Assembly (NCBI GenBank): GCA_963664705.1
Contig: OY761556.1
Location: 4,064,001-4,128,000 of the forward strand
Direction: 5' to 3'
DNA: 64,000 bases
From: Acidobacteriota bacterium
Lineage (GTDB): Bacteria > Acidobacteriota > UBA6911
Below, in pieces: positions 1-9,728 of the stretch (position 1 is its first letter; every line of letters starts with the position of its first letter). The notes beneath the pieces are model-generated. The model was not told where the DNA came from. It searched no databases and worked only from the letters and a program-made list of their open reading frames with translations. The position numbers were made by a program, and so were the translations under genes.

Positions 1-2
1 TT

Positions 3-2885
3 GACCCCACTAGCGAATCGCTCTGGCGGGGAAATGAGAGAATCCATCTGCGGCCGAAATCGTTTGCCTTTCTACAATATCTTGTAATGCATCCCGGCCA
101 GATGATTACCAAGGAACGATTGCTGAATGCCCTCTGGAAAGATTGCTTTGTCGGCGATGGAGCGCTAAAAAACTGCGTAGCCGAGATACGTCGAGTGCTT
201 GGAGACCCGGCAGAGACTCCCAAGTATATTGAAACGGCGCATCGCAGGGGTTATCGCTTCATAGGCAAGATGGACCACCCTCCCGCAAACGGAGATCCGG
301 GTACCGGCTCGATCCCTGCAAATACTGCGCACGGTGGTTCAACCACGAGGCTGGTCGGAAGAGCATCCGAATTGGCACGGTTGCAGCAACTGCTTGAAAC
401 ATCGAAGAACGGAATTCGTCAGGTTGCCTTCGTCACCGGCGAACAGGGCATTGGAAAGACAACTCTGATCGACGCATTTCTCAAATCCTTGGACAATGGT
501 ATTTGGATCGCGCGCGGACAATGCATCAAGACACATGGAGCCGGCGAATCCTATATGCCATTCGCGGAAGCATTCACCGGGCTCTGCGACAACTCCAAGC
601 GCAAGACCATTGTTTCCACGCTGGGCCATCACGCCCCCCTGTGGCTGATACAGATGCCTTCGCTGGTCAGCGCCGCTCAACTGCGAGCCCTTCGCCGCAC
701 CACCTCTGGCGCCTCGCGCGAACGCTTGTTGCGGGAGATGGCTGAAGCGCTCGAGGCGTTAACGGCAGAGATGCCTCTAATCCTGGTGTTGGAAGATTTG
801 CATTGGAGCGACTACTCCACGCTTGATCTAATTTCCTATTGGTCACAGCGCCGGTCGGCGTCCCGGCTGCTGTTGATCGGAACCTACCGTCTGGCCGAAA
901 CAATGACCGGCGATCATCCTTTAAGGAGGATCACACAGGAGCTAAAAGCGCACAATCTCTGCCAGGAGGTGTCCCTGGCATTTCTCCCCGAAAGCGCAGT
1001 CAGGGAATATATATCGCATGAATTTCCAGATCATAGTTTCCCATCAGAGATGGCAACGTGGATTCATCGCAGGACCGAAGGCAGTCCATTGTTCATGATC
1101 AACCTCCTGGAACATCTGGTGTCGCGCGGGTTGATCGTAAAACGGGATGGATCGTGGATTCTGGATACTCCCCTGGAAAGAGCGGAACTCGAGGTTCCTC
1201 CCACCATTCAACAGATCATTGAACAGCAATTTGAACGTTGCAGCCGAGAGGAACAACACCTTCTGCAAGTGGCAAGCGTAGCCGGATCAGATTTTTCGGC
1301 CAGTGCAGTGGCTGCCATCGCGGGAGAAAAACCGGAGCGGGTCGAATTGCGCTGCAGGAGCCTTGCCAGGCGACAGCTCTTTCTGCTGCCCTCCGTCATC
1401 CGCACCACTTCAGGAGGAAAGCGTGAGGCCCGGTACAGCTTCAGTCATGTGCTTTACCAGAATATCTGCTATCAGCTTCTAACCGAGACCCGGCGTGCCC
1501 AGCTTCATCAGCGGGTTGCTGAACAAATCGAGCAGATGACCACCAGCCAGTCCGGAGACTTCGCAGCGCGGCTCGCCGCGCATTTCGACCTGGGGCGGAA
1601 AACCAAAAAAGCGGTTCAGTATTATGAAAAAGCAGCCGCTAACGCCAACTGGAGATACGCGGGACGAGAGACGCAGGAACTTGCGGAGCGGGGATTGCAG
1701 CTGTTGGAAACCATTCCGGCTACAACAGAAAGATGCAAGATCGAGCTCAGCCTGCAGATTGCGCTGGGATCCTCGCTGCTGGCCACCAAGGGGCTTGTCT
1801 CCCCGGAAATGAAACGGGCCTTTGACCGGGCCATGGACCTTTTCCGGCAACTGGACCAGCGGCGCAGTTCCGGCAATACTCCGCTTTTCTTCTCCGCGCT
1901 GTGGGGACTCTGGAACTACAGCTGGATCCGCGCGGACTATGTCGCCGCCCGGGAAACTGCCGAGCGATTGTATCAGCTGGCGCAAAAGGAAAGGGATCCA
2001 TCGATCCTGACTCAAGCCCATTATGCTCTCGGCATCATCCTGATGGATCACGGAGAATTCGCGGAAGCCCTTCAGCACCTGAATCAGTGCCCCACTGTGG
2101 TAAGCCGAATTTATGGAGCTTGGACGATGTGGAACCTGGGCTACCCTGACCGGGCCATAAAATCGCTCGAAGATACATTGGCTCGTTCCATGGCAATGAA
2201 AGATACGGAAGGCAGTATCTTCAGCGATGTCGCACTGGCGCGCGTCCATGCAGCCCGGAGGGAGAACCAAAAAGCGCTGGATCATGCGCAAAGCGCACTC
2301 CAGACTGCCCGCCAAAACGGTTTCCCGAAACAATGGCTCGCACCCTGGCAAGTCATCCTGGGGTGGGCAATGGTTAAACTGGGGCGTGGGCGTGAAGGGA
2401 TTGATGAAGCCAACCAGGCTCTGGCCGCACACCGGGAGATTGGATCCACCAACATCACACCCTATGTGCTGGCCCTGTTCGGCGAAATTCTTGGAGATGC
2501 GGGAAGACCTCACGATGGGATAGCCGCAATCGATGAAGCTCTGGATGTCTCCGCCAAGACGGGGCTGATTTACCATGAGGCCGAAATCCACCGCCTTCGA
2601 GGAGAACTGCTCCTCCGGAAAATGATTTCGGGAAAAAAGGGCTCCCTTCACAGCCGCGGATTATCGGATGTCGAAGCCCATTTTAAAAAGTCCATTCGAA
2701 TTGCCCGCAGGCAGCAGGCGAAATCCATTGAACTCCGCGCCGCAGTAAGCATGGCCAAGCTGTGGGAGCATACGGACCGGAGACAAAAAGGCCGGCAACA
2801 ATTACAGGAGGTATACGAATGGTTCAAGGAGGGATTTGAAACTGCCGATTTGCAGGATGCCCGCAATCTGCTTGGCAGGTTATAA
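3..2885 (+). CDS. Winged-helix (OmpR/PhoB-type) DNA-binding + AAA ATPase + TPR-like regulator, 5'-truncated by window edge
   Basis: Frame is open from base 3 (DPTSESLWRGNERIHLRPKSFAFLQYLV) into the wHTH motif YIETAHRRGYRF. Walker A GEQGIGKT, Walker B LVLEDLHW, and C-terminal FKEGFETADL typical of this family. Confidence 0.88.
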   Translation, partial: DPTSESLWRGNERIHLRPKSFAFLQYLVMHPGQMITKERLLNALWKDCFVGDGALKNCVAEIRRVLGDPAETPKYIETAHRRGYRFIGKMDHPPANGDPGTGSIPANTAHGGSTTRLVGRASELARLQQLLETSKNGIRQVAFVTGEQGIGKTTLIDAFLKSLDNGIWIARGQCIKTHGAGESYMPFAEAFTGLCDNSKRKTIVSTLGHHAPLWLIQMPSLVSAAQLRALRRTTSGASRERLLREMAEALEALTAEMPLILVLEDLHWSDYSTLDLISYWSQRRSASRLLLIGTYRLAETMTGDHPLRRITQELKAHNLCQEVSLAFLPESAVREYISHEFPDHSFPSEMATWIHRRTEGSPLFMINLLEHLVSRGLIVKRDGSWILDTPLERAELEVPPTIQQIIEQQFERCSREEQHLLQVASVAGSDFSASAVAAIAGEKPERVELRCRSLARRQLFLLPSVIRTTSGGKREARYSFSHVLYQNICYQLLTETRRAQLHQRVAEQIEQMTTSQSGDFAARLAAHFDLGRKTKKAVQYYEKAAANANWRYAGRETQELAERGLQLLETIPATTERCKIELSLQIALGSSLLATKGLVSPEMKRAFDRAMDLFRQLDQRRSSGNTPLFFSALWGLWNYSWIRADYVAARETAERLYQLAQKERDPSILTQAHYALGIILMDHGEFAEALQHLNQCPTVVSRIYGAWTMWNLGYPDRAIKSLEDTLARSMAMKDTEGSIFSDVALARVHAARRENQKALDHAQSALQTARQNGFPKQWLAPWQVILGWAMVKLGRGREGIDEANQALAAHREIGSTNITPYVLALFGEILGDAGRPHDGIAAIDEALDVSAKTGLIYHEAEIHRLRGELLLRKMISGKKGSLHSRGLSDVEAHFKKSIRIARRQQAKSIELRAAVSMAKLWEHTDRRQKGRQQLQEVYEWFKEGFETADLQDARNLLGRL

Positions 2886-2887
2886 AA

Positions 2888-2923
2888 ATAGTCGGTAGCC
2901 AGGGGGGCCTGGCTACCGACTAT
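2888..2923. terminator. Perfect 16-bp hairpin between convergent genes
   Basis: ATAGTCGGTAGCCAGG-GGGG-CCTGGCTACCGACTAT, preceded by an A-run that gives a U-tail on the minus strand. Confidence 0.75.
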
Positions 2924-2939
2924 CCGCTCATGCCGAAAG

Positions 2940-3236
2940 CTACAGCATCGTGATTTTCCCCGTATCTTTGTTTTTCCAGTATCCCCGCAGTGCCAGCGGC
3001 CAATTGAACTCGAGCGCCCCTGGAGTGGGACAGTCATTGGCACAGCAGCCGCAATACCAGCATTCTTCCGGATGAAGAATGATCGGCGGTTTACCCTTCA
3101 CAGGGTGAGGAATGTAGACATCGATCTGGCATGTTTCTACACAGGTGTTGCACCCGATGCAGACGTCCGGATTGAATCGCACCGGACTGTTCGGGGTATT
3201 GATGTTTGGAATTGCAAATATTTTTGCATCTGCCAC
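2940..3236 (-). CDS. 2x[4Fe-4S] ferredoxin, AprB-like small subunit
   Basis: CIGCNTCVETC and EECWYCGCCANDCP (the ECWYC motif is typical of AprB-like proteins). GTG start with GGAGG RBS, 11 bp after the flavoprotein gene. Confidence 0.88.
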   Translation of the reverse strand: MADAKIFAIPNINTPNSPVRFNPDVCIGCNTCVETCQIDVYIPHPVKGKPPIILHPEECWYCGCCANDCPTPGALEFNWPLALRGYWKNKDTGKITML

Positions 3237-3247
3237 GGTAGCCTCCC

Positions 3248-5194
3248 TTATTTGCCTTGATACACACCGGTGTAGTCTTTGTTATGAGCCTCGTAATTTT
3301 CCTTCATATTGCCCCAGAAGTTCTGGGGCCTCGCTCCGGTTTTCACCTTGTCGTTTTCCAGTTTGATGGTGAGGAACTTGTCCCACTCCGGCGGATCGAT
3401 CGTCGGAAAATCAATTCTCTGGAAATTCAAAGGCATACTGCTGGCTTTGCGTGCAAGCGATGAGTAGATGATGATCTTCGCAAATTCCAGCATGCTGAGA
3501 TCTTCCATCGTACGCATCAGCTTATGCGGATCCAGGGCAAACAAGGACGGGACCTCTTCCTTTTCGATTTTCTCCAGAGCGCTCAGCCCCATGTTGAACA
3601 GGCGCTCCGTTTTGAATTCGCTGACGTAATACTGCATGACTTTGGCAAGGCCGGAGTGCAGCTCTTTCCACTCTATCCCGCCGCTCCGCTTGACCGGGGC
3701 AAAAACCCTGGCTTTCTCTTTTTCGATCTGGTCGCGCGAGATTTTGGAGGGGCCGACCTCTTTGGCATAAGCAGCCGCCTTGCGCCCGGCATAACGTCCG
3801 GTGGAGGCCGCGTGGCTATGATCTTCAGGAGCAAACATCTGCGTGCCGGCGGCATACAGTCCTTCAAGTGTAGTTCGCAGGTTCCAGTCGACCAGGAGCC
3901 CGCCGCCGTACCCGACATCACGCCACTGCGGCATGCTCTGGCCTTCGATGAACTTGTAGCTCTGAAGCAGATCTTTACTGATATCAAAGCCAGCCTTGTT
4001 GTAGGTGTCGATGATGACGCGCGTCGTGGATTCCTCACCCAGCATCAAATTCCAGGTAGCCCGTCTCTCAACGTCAGGCATGGCGGGAAAATCCCCATAA
4101 AACGGGAGTTCATATTCGCCCTTCATGATGCCCTCGCGGATTTTTGCTTCAACTCCGGGGGCAGGAACCATGGCGCCGGCATCCACCCATCCCTGGATCG
4201 GATAGGGCAACCTTTTGCCGTTCGCATCCACAAGCGGAACATTTTCGTAGCTGGCATCGCCGGCGCCGCTGTACCACTTGTGCTTGAGACCGGTGGCGAT
4301 CATGATCATTCCGGTCCCTTCCATCTTGGTCAGCTCTGCACCCGCTCGCCACGCCATGATGGTACCGTCTCCGGACATAGTCCGGGAGTGCATGCTCGAA
4401 TAGCCGCCCAATTCCATACTCATGAGCCAGAGCGAACCGCCGCCGGCAGCGGAAAGGATGGTCGCCTTGGATTTGAAAATCATGAATTCACCGGTTCGGC
4501 TGTTGAGACCCGTCGCACCGACCACGCGCCCACCTTGGATCCCATTTTCGGTCAGAAGGCTCGTGCCCATCACGCGATCAAAGATTTTCACGCCCAGGCG
4601 TTTGCATTCCTTCTTCAAAGCGGGCTTGAAAGTGCTTCCCCACACGCGAATGACGACATTATTCCGCTTTTCAGGCGGATTAAAATTCGGCTCGCCCATA
4701 TGAGGATCGGGCAGATAACTGTGAATCGTGCCGTAGCGGGGAGAGATCATGAACTTGGTTTTGTCATCGCGGCCCTCGGCTCCGGCATATTCATTCTCAA
4801 CATCCCGGATCTTCCCGCCCATCTGCTCCATTTCAAGCAAGGTATCAAAATCCTCGCGGCACTGAATCTGAATGCCGATGCCATTCGAATATGGCCGGGA
4901 GGCCATGTGCTCAGCCCATGCATCGGGAGAAACACGGGACAGCGGATTCGCCGGCGCATCACACCAATGGTCACAACCCGGTCCGCCTGCGCCGCTGCGG
5001 ACGGTGTCCCCCTTCTCAACTAATGCCACGCGCAATCCTTGCCTCGCTGCGTTGATTGCAGCCCAGCAGCCGGCAATGCCTCCGCCGACGACCAGAACAT
5101 CCGTGTCGATTTCCTGCTCCTCGCCGAACCGGACAGGATAGGGCCAACTGGGCGGCCGACCTTCTTCTTTTAAATAATCATGCCACGTAGTCAT
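3248..5194 (-). CDS. FAD-dependent oxidoreductase, AprA/SdhA/FrdA superfamily
   Basis: DVLVVGGGIAG Rossmann motif, RSGAGGPGCDHW, TTLEGLYAAG, and a C-terminal ARKAS..FQRIDFP helical domain. GGAGG RBS. Confidence 0.88.
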   Translation of the reverse strand: MTTWHDYLKEEGRPPSWPYPVRFGEEQEIDTDVLVVGGGIAGCWAAINAARQGLRVALVEKGDTVRSGAGGPGCDHWCDAPANPLSRVSPDAWAEHMASRPYSNGIGIQIQCREDFDTLLEMEQMGGKIRDVENEYAGAEGRDDKTKFMISPRYGTIHSYLPDPHMGEPNFNPPEKRNNVVIRVWGSTFKPALKKECKRLGVKIFDRVMGTSLLTENGIQGGRVVGATGLNSRTGEFMIFKSKATILSAAGGGSLWLMSMELGGYSSMHSRTMSGDGTIMAWRAGAELTKMEGTGMIMIATGLKHKWYSGAGDASYENVPLVDANGKRLPYPIQGWVDAGAMVPAPGVEAKIREGIMKGEYELPFYGDFPAMPDVERRATWNLMLGEESTTRVIIDTYNKAGFDISKDLLQSYKFIEGQSMPQWRDVGYGGGLLVDWNLRTTLEGLYAAGTQMFAPEDHSHAASTGRYAGRKAAAYAKEVGPSKISRDQIEKEKARVFAPVKRSGGIEWKELHSGLAKVMQYYVSEFKTERLFNMGLSALEKIEKEEVPSLFALDPHKLMRTMEDLSMLEFAKIIIYSSLARKASSMPLNFQRIDFPTIDPPEWDKFLTIKLENDKVKTGARPQNFWGNMKENYEAHNKDYTGVYQGK

Positions 5195-5256
5195 TCGCGA
5201 CCTCCTTTTGAAAGAGATGGGTACGTGTCTATATTCATGAAGATGACAATGGGCGG

Positions 5257-5285
5257 ATAATAAGGAAACGCTTTTGGCGAGTCAA
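5257..5285 (-). promoter_or_regulatory. Sigma70-type promoter for the flavoprotein-ferredoxin operon
   Basis: Minus strand reads TTGACT-17 bp-TATTAT, about 60 bp upstream of the ATG. Confidence 0.6.
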
Positions 5286-5496
5286 GTCAAACAAATCCCC
5301 GGAGTCCGACCAAAGGAAAACGAATGATGTCAATAGTTATGGATGCCGAGGGGTTAGAAAAAGCCCCAAATCCGAGGTAGAGCGAATTCCAACGGATGAA
5401 GCAATACTTCGAGTTCGCGCATTGCCAATGAAATTTTCAATCTTATATAAGAATCTGCTAGTGCAATTAACCTGAGGATTTTAGACTGGAGGCCCC

Positions 5497-6153
5497 ATGA
5501 AAGTTAACCTATCATCATTTCGCATTCCGGCTTTTTCTCTTTTGCTGGTATTCGCATCGGTACCCGCACAGATATCCGCTCAATCGAAAAAAGGGGTGGA
5601 GTTTTACGATGCAGGTCAGTTCAAAGAGGCAGAAGCCGCTTTTCGAGAAGCACTGAAAAGCAATCCAAAGGATACGCCCAACAGCTATTTCCTCGGCCTC
5701 GCAGTTCTGCTTCAGGACAAGCACGATGAAGCCCTCAATATTCTGCTGAAGGTGAAACAAAGCCAGGCCGATCCGCGGACACGCTCGGCGGTTCCGGACG
5801 AATACCAGATCAATCTGGCGCTGGCCCGAACGCACCTGGAACTGAAGCAGTATGAGGATGCATGGAAGAATCTGGAAGCGGCAAGAAGTCAAAGCAACAA
5901 CGCTTCTGATGTTTACGTTTACAGGGGTGTCTATTACTTCCAGCTGGAAAAGTTTCCCGAGGCGCTGAAAGAGCTGGAAAAGGCTATCAGCCTGGACGCG
6001 AAGAATCCTTATGCGCATTACTATGAAGGACTCGCCTATTACAAGACCGGCGTGGCCGACAAGGCAGTCAGCGCGCTAAAGATGTTTTTGCAGCTGTACC
6101 CCAATGCGCCTGAAGCTGCCAAAGCCAAGGAGATTGTGGACAAGCTTTGCTGA
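5497..6153 (+). CDS. Secreted tetratricopeptide repeat protein
   Basis: Signal peptide; TPR patterns such as VYVYRGVYYFQLEKFPEALKELEKAISLDAKN; GGAGG RBS. Confidence 0.88.
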   Translation: MKVNLSSFRIPAFSLLLVFASVPAQISAQSKKGVEFYDAGQFKEAEAAFREALKSNPKDTPNSYFLGLAVLLQDKHDEALNILLKVKQSQADPRTRSAVPDEYQINLALARTHLELKQYEDAWKNLEAARSQSNNASDVYVYRGVYYFQLEKFPEALKELEKAISLDAKNPYAHYYEGLAYYKTGVADKAVSALKMFLQLYPNAPEAAKAKEIVDKLC

Positions 6154-6221
6154 CCTTCGCTTTGATTGGGTCAAGGAACGACAGCATCCTGCCCATTGCT
6201 TTTCGCCTTTTTTCGAGCGTT

Positions 6222-6278
6222 TTTCTTTCGCCCCTTCCGGGCTCTTTGAGCCCCGAAGGGACCTGAAAGGGAGAAAGA
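6222..6278. repeat. REP-like hairpin
   Basis: CCCTTCCGGGCTC-TTT-GAGCCCCGAAGGG. The left arm resembles TTTCGCCCCCTTCAGGGCTC at 45991. Confidence 0.45.
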
Positions 6279-6379
6279 ACAGCAATTGCGAGAGAGTAAA
6301 TGGCATTAGGCGGCGCGCCCTTGCGACGATGCATCCTCTTCTCGGATAATATCTCGGCCAACTCTCTCAACCTGCCGAT

Positions 6380-7255
6380 ATGATGGGAATGAGAAAAACC
6401 GTATTTTTCATTTCCCTTATCCTTCTGTCACAACCGGTATTTGCAGACCTTTATAAGTGGGTGGATGAAGAGGGAACGGTCCACATGACCGACACCCTGG
6501 CCCAAGTCCCCGCGCAGTACCGCGACCAGGTAGACCGGCGAAAGCTGCAGAATACAGCCGAACCGGTCGCTCAGCCAGCAGCTCGTACCAATGGAATCAA
6601 TATTGTCCGGCTGAAGCACGTTGAGGTTTCTTACCGGGCGTTCGAAGGCAGATCACGGAGAATTATCATCCCAGTGACCTTTAATGATTCGGTCAAAGCC
6701 GATCTGCTGTTGGACACTGGGTCGCCCGGACTGATGATTACCCCTTCGCTGGCAAACCGCCTGGGGCTTCTTGATGATCCGGAAACCAGGCTCAAAATCA
6801 TGACAGGAGGGATCGGGGGGTCCACACCGGCTATTCTCTCCATCGTCGACTCGGTTCGGGTCGGCGATGCCCGATCCGAATTTCTGCCTGCAACCATTGC
6901 AACGATGCCATCCGATGAATTCGAGGGACTGGTCGGGATGGACTTCATGGCCAATTATAAAGTCAGCATCGACATTGAGAAGAGCCTTCTCGCATTCGAC
7001 GAGCTGCCGCCGCAGAGCGACAGGCCAGGCGGGCATGACGAGTCGTGGTGGCGCGCCGTCTTTCAAAGATTTGGGGGCTTGCGCGATGACTGGGCCAAGT
7101 ATTTGGAAATGGCCGATAGCGAAAATGTCTCGTCGACCGAGAAGGAACGGCGTATGAAGACGGCCAAAGAGCAGTTTACCGCGGCCGACAATCTATGCCG
7201 CAAGCTGGAACGGTATGCCAGAGATAACTTAGTGCCCACAACATGGCGGCGATAA
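6380..7255 (+). CDS. DUF4124-like domain + retropepsin-like aspartyl protease
   Basis: Signal peptide, ADLYKWVDEEGTVHMTD (DUF4124 signature), catalytic LLDTGS, and GLVGMDF. Confidence 0.85.
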   Translation: MMGMRKTVFFISLILLSQPVFADLYKWVDEEGTVHMTDTLAQVPAQYRDQVDRRKLQNTAEPVAQPAARTNGINIVRLKHVEVSYRAFEGRSRRIIIPVTFNDSVKADLLLDTGSPGLMITPSLANRLGLLDDPETRLKIMTGGIGGSTPAILSIVDSVRVGDARSEFLPATIATMPSDEFEGLVGMDFMANYKVSIDIEKSLLAFDELPPQSDRPGGHDESWWRAVFQRFGGLRDDWAKYLEMADSENVSSTEKERRMKTAKEQFTAADNLCRKLERYARDNLVPTTWRR

Positions 7256-7285
7256 TTACCGCGGGTTCCAGATCCGAATTCCAGA

Positions 7286-7951
7286 TTACTGGAAGCCGTG
7301 CCAGGTGGAAATAGTATCCAGCGGCTCCCTTTCCGTTCGGAACTGGTTGATCGGATTCTCCCATTCCGGGTATCCGATGGCAATGCCGAGGAAAAACACC
7401 TTGGATTCCGGAATGTCCAGAATTTTCCTCAGGATGGCCGGATAGGCAACAGCCTGGGCTTGAACAACGGTTCCCAGGCCATGCCGGGTCGCCAGCAGCA
7501 TGATATTCTGCGCCACAGCACCACAATCATACAGGGCCCATACATTCAGGCCTTTGGCTTGATAGTAAAACTCCCGCCGCGTCAGAAGATAGATAACCGC
7601 CGGGGCGCCAAAATGGCGAAAGTTCTGCACGCGTCGCGATTCCCAGTCCTTTTGAGTAACCAGGCGATTCTGTCTATCAAGCACTCGTATTCTGGCGGCA
7701 TAGCGCTCTGGAAACTCCGGAGGCCGTGGGACATCAAAGGAGGGGCTGGTCGAACTGCTTTCCAGAAATGCTGCCCGGATTTCATCCAGGGGTTTGCCTG
7801 TCGCAATCGCAAATTCCCAAGGCTGGGTATTCGCCCAGGAGGGCGCCCGAAGCGCCGATCCCAGGATCTCCTTCAGCAAATCCTGTGGAACCGGATCTGA
7901 TTTGAAAGCGCGAATGCTCTTTCTCTCGTCAATTGCCTGGGAAACATCCAT
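7286..7951 (-). CDS. Nitroreductase family protein
   Basis: RKSIRAF, APSWANTQPWEF, DCGAVAQNIMLLA, IAIGYP. Confidence 0.92.
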   Translation of the reverse strand: MDVSQAIDERKSIRAFKSDPVPQDLLKEILGSALRAPSWANTQPWEFAIATGKPLDEIRAAFLESSSTSPSFDVPRPPEFPERYAARIRVLDRQNRLVTQKDWESRRVQNFRHFGAPAVIYLLTRREFYYQAKGLNVWALYDCGAVAQNIMLLATRHGLGTVVQAQAVAYPAILRKILDIPESKVFFLGIAIGYPEWENPINQFRTEREPLDTISTWHGFQ

Positions 7952-7987
7952 AAGCCAGTCCCCTCCGGCCTCTTCTCAAGGGTTGTG

Positions 7988-8020
7988 AAAAGCGCGGCGG
8001 AATTTTACTGCCGCCGCGCT
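7988..8020 (-). terminator. Rho-independent terminator after the DUF1566 gene
   Basis: 10-bp stem AGCGCGGCGG/CCGCCGCGCT followed by TTT on the minus strand. Confidence 0.6.
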
Positions 8021-8033
8021 CCCACCAGCTTCG

Positions 8034-8483
8034 TTACTCCGATTTCCGCACGCACAGCGCACGTCCGCCGCTGCCATGTCCGGAGGCACGTGTAAGGGTT
8101 CTGCCGCCGTAGCTGAAACAGAAATTCCACACTTCTCCGGAAGGATTGAGAGATGAACTCGGGACGCAACTATCGCTCAGCGTAATCGTTCCCTTGACCC
8201 GGTAGCTCTTCTTCGAGTTCCTGTCGTAAAGATTCTCAAGTTCATCGATGGTCGGCAGACGCCAATCAGAAAATCCGCCCGTACGCAGTGCCGTGCAGTA
8301 TTCTTTTGCCTGGCCCTGATTTACATCGACGCCGTTGTCTTTGCCCGCCCATGTCAAGCCTGCCGCAGTGTCTTTCCATATTTCCGCTGCCGACTGGGCT
8401 AAGAGTACCTGTGCGCCGCAGAACACGATGGCACCGCACAACACAAGTTTGATTGCGTAGTTGAAACTCCTGTTCCTGATCAT
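8034..8483 (-). CDS. Secreted DUF1566 (Lcl C-terminal-like) domain protein
   Basis: Signal peptide, DTAAGLTW, YC..L..GGFSDWRLPTIDEL, terminal ALCVR. Confidence 0.85.
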   Translation of the reverse strand: MIRNRSFNYAIKLVLCGAIVFCGAQVLLAQSAAEIWKDTAAGLTWAGKDNGVDVNQGQAKEYCTALRTGGFSDWRLPTIDELENLYDRNSKKSYRVKGTITLSDSCVPSSSLNPSGEVWNFCFSYGGRTLTRASGHGSGGRALCVRKSE

Positions 8484-8685
8484 ATCCTCATCCTTTCACT
8501 AGATAGAGCCGCGTCGGGCCTAGTACATATCACATTTGCCCCTAATCTACCTACGACATAAGCCGGCACACGTTGCACCGCACATGAATTTTCTTTATTG
8601 TGGAAGCCATGCTTGGCTATAAAGTGGGGGTTGTCGAAGGGTTTTGCTCCCAATTCATCACAAGTCATTCAAGAAAGGATAAACA

Positions 8686-9639
8686 ATGAAACGTGTTGGA
8701 ATCATTCCGGTCATCGCAGTGGCCATGCTGCTGTTTACCGCCGCCGGCAATGCCGCCCCAAATGTGGACTGTAATCGTCAATGTCTGGCAGGTTTCATGA
8801 CAACCTATCTCAATGCCGTGGTCGCCCACAATGCCTCCAAATTGCCGGTTACGAAAAACGTGAAATATACGGAAAACGGTGTGCGGCTAAACCTGAATGA
8901 TGGGCTGTGGCAGACAGCATCGGCACTGCCGACATACCGCGTCGATGTTCTGGATGAAGAGGCCGGCCAGGTCGGGCTGCTTGGCAGAATTAATGAAAAT
9001 GGAAACAACAACTGGTTCGCCGTGCGCCTCAAAGTGGAAATGGGCAAACAGATTTCCGAAATCGAAACCTTGATAGTGCGAAGCCTGAGCAGCGGAATGC
9101 CGGAAGGCACTCCCACCGGGACGATCCACAAAGAAGCTCATCCGCTCATGATGGAAGCCATCCCGGAAGCGAAAAGATCGGCCCGACCGGACCTCATCCG
9201 CATCGGAGACAGCTATTTTACCGGGCTGGATACGGAAGAGAGCGGCAAGAATGTTTCCTTTGACCCGGACTGCCAGCGCCGTGAAAACGGCATGATAACG
9301 TCCAACAACCCCGATGCACCCAAAGGCTCGATGCAATGGATGGGCTGCAAAGCCCAATTTGACACGGGATTCTCCGTTATCGTCACGGATATACGCGAAC
9401 GACGGTTCATTGCGGATCCGGTGACTGGCCTCGCCTTTGGATGGGGATATTTCGACCATGACGGCAGTGTGGCAAAAATGTCCAACACGCCCGACGGCAA
9501 ACTGACCGATGTTGCGCCGACCTTCCGTCAGCCGTTTTCATTCAACATTGCCGAGATTTTCAAAATCAAAGACGGCAAGATTCGACAGATTGAAGCCGTG
9601 CTCGGAACAGTTCCTTACGGCATGTCATCCGGCTGGTGA
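8686..9639 (+). CDS. Secreted protein of unknown function, probable tandem NTF2-like fold
   Basis: Signal peptide. CNRQCL..YLNAVVAH..LP..VKYTENG and a second repeat CQRRENG...EIFKIKDGKIRQIEAV. Confidence 0.7.
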   Translation: MKRVGIIPVIAVAMLLFTAAGNAAPNVDCNRQCLAGFMTTYLNAVVAHNASKLPVTKNVKYTENGVRLNLNDGLWQTASALPTYRVDVLDEEAGQVGLLGRINENGNNNWFAVRLKVEMGKQISEIETLIVRSLSSGMPEGTPTGTIHKEAHPLMMEAIPEAKRSARPDLIRIGDSYFTGLDTEESGKNVSFDPDCQRRENGMITSNNPDAPKGSMQWMGCKAQFDTGFSVIVTDIRERRFIADPVTGLAFGWGYFDHDGSVAKMSNTPDGKLTDVAPTFRQPFSFNIAEIFKIKDGKIRQIEAVLGTVPYGMSSGW

Positions 9640-9643
9640 TTTT

Positions 9644-9728
9644 GATTGACGATTTGCGATTGACGATTGTGAACCACCGTGGGAAGCGCGCGGGTACGAT
9701 CGTCAATCGCAAATCTGCAATCGTCAAT
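9644..9728. repeat. Inverted pair of GATTGAC/GATTTGC heptamer arrays between convergent genes
   Basis: GATTGAC GATTTGC GATTGAC GAT on the left; its reverse complement ATCGTCAATCGCAAATC at 9699-9715. Confidence 0.75.

Noticed and set aside
1479-5023. Long opposite-strand ORFs (1479-2651, 3524-5023; likewise 9841-10731 and 57496-58473)
   Set aside because: They are antisense shadows of well-supported genes and have no motifs.
3248-5194. Naming as aprA/sdhA
   Set aside because: Only superfamily motifs are supported, and pathway partners are absent.
8034-8483. DUF1566 gene as a diversity-generating retroelement target
   Set aside because: No reverse transcriptase and no template-repeat copy of its 3' end seen in the window.
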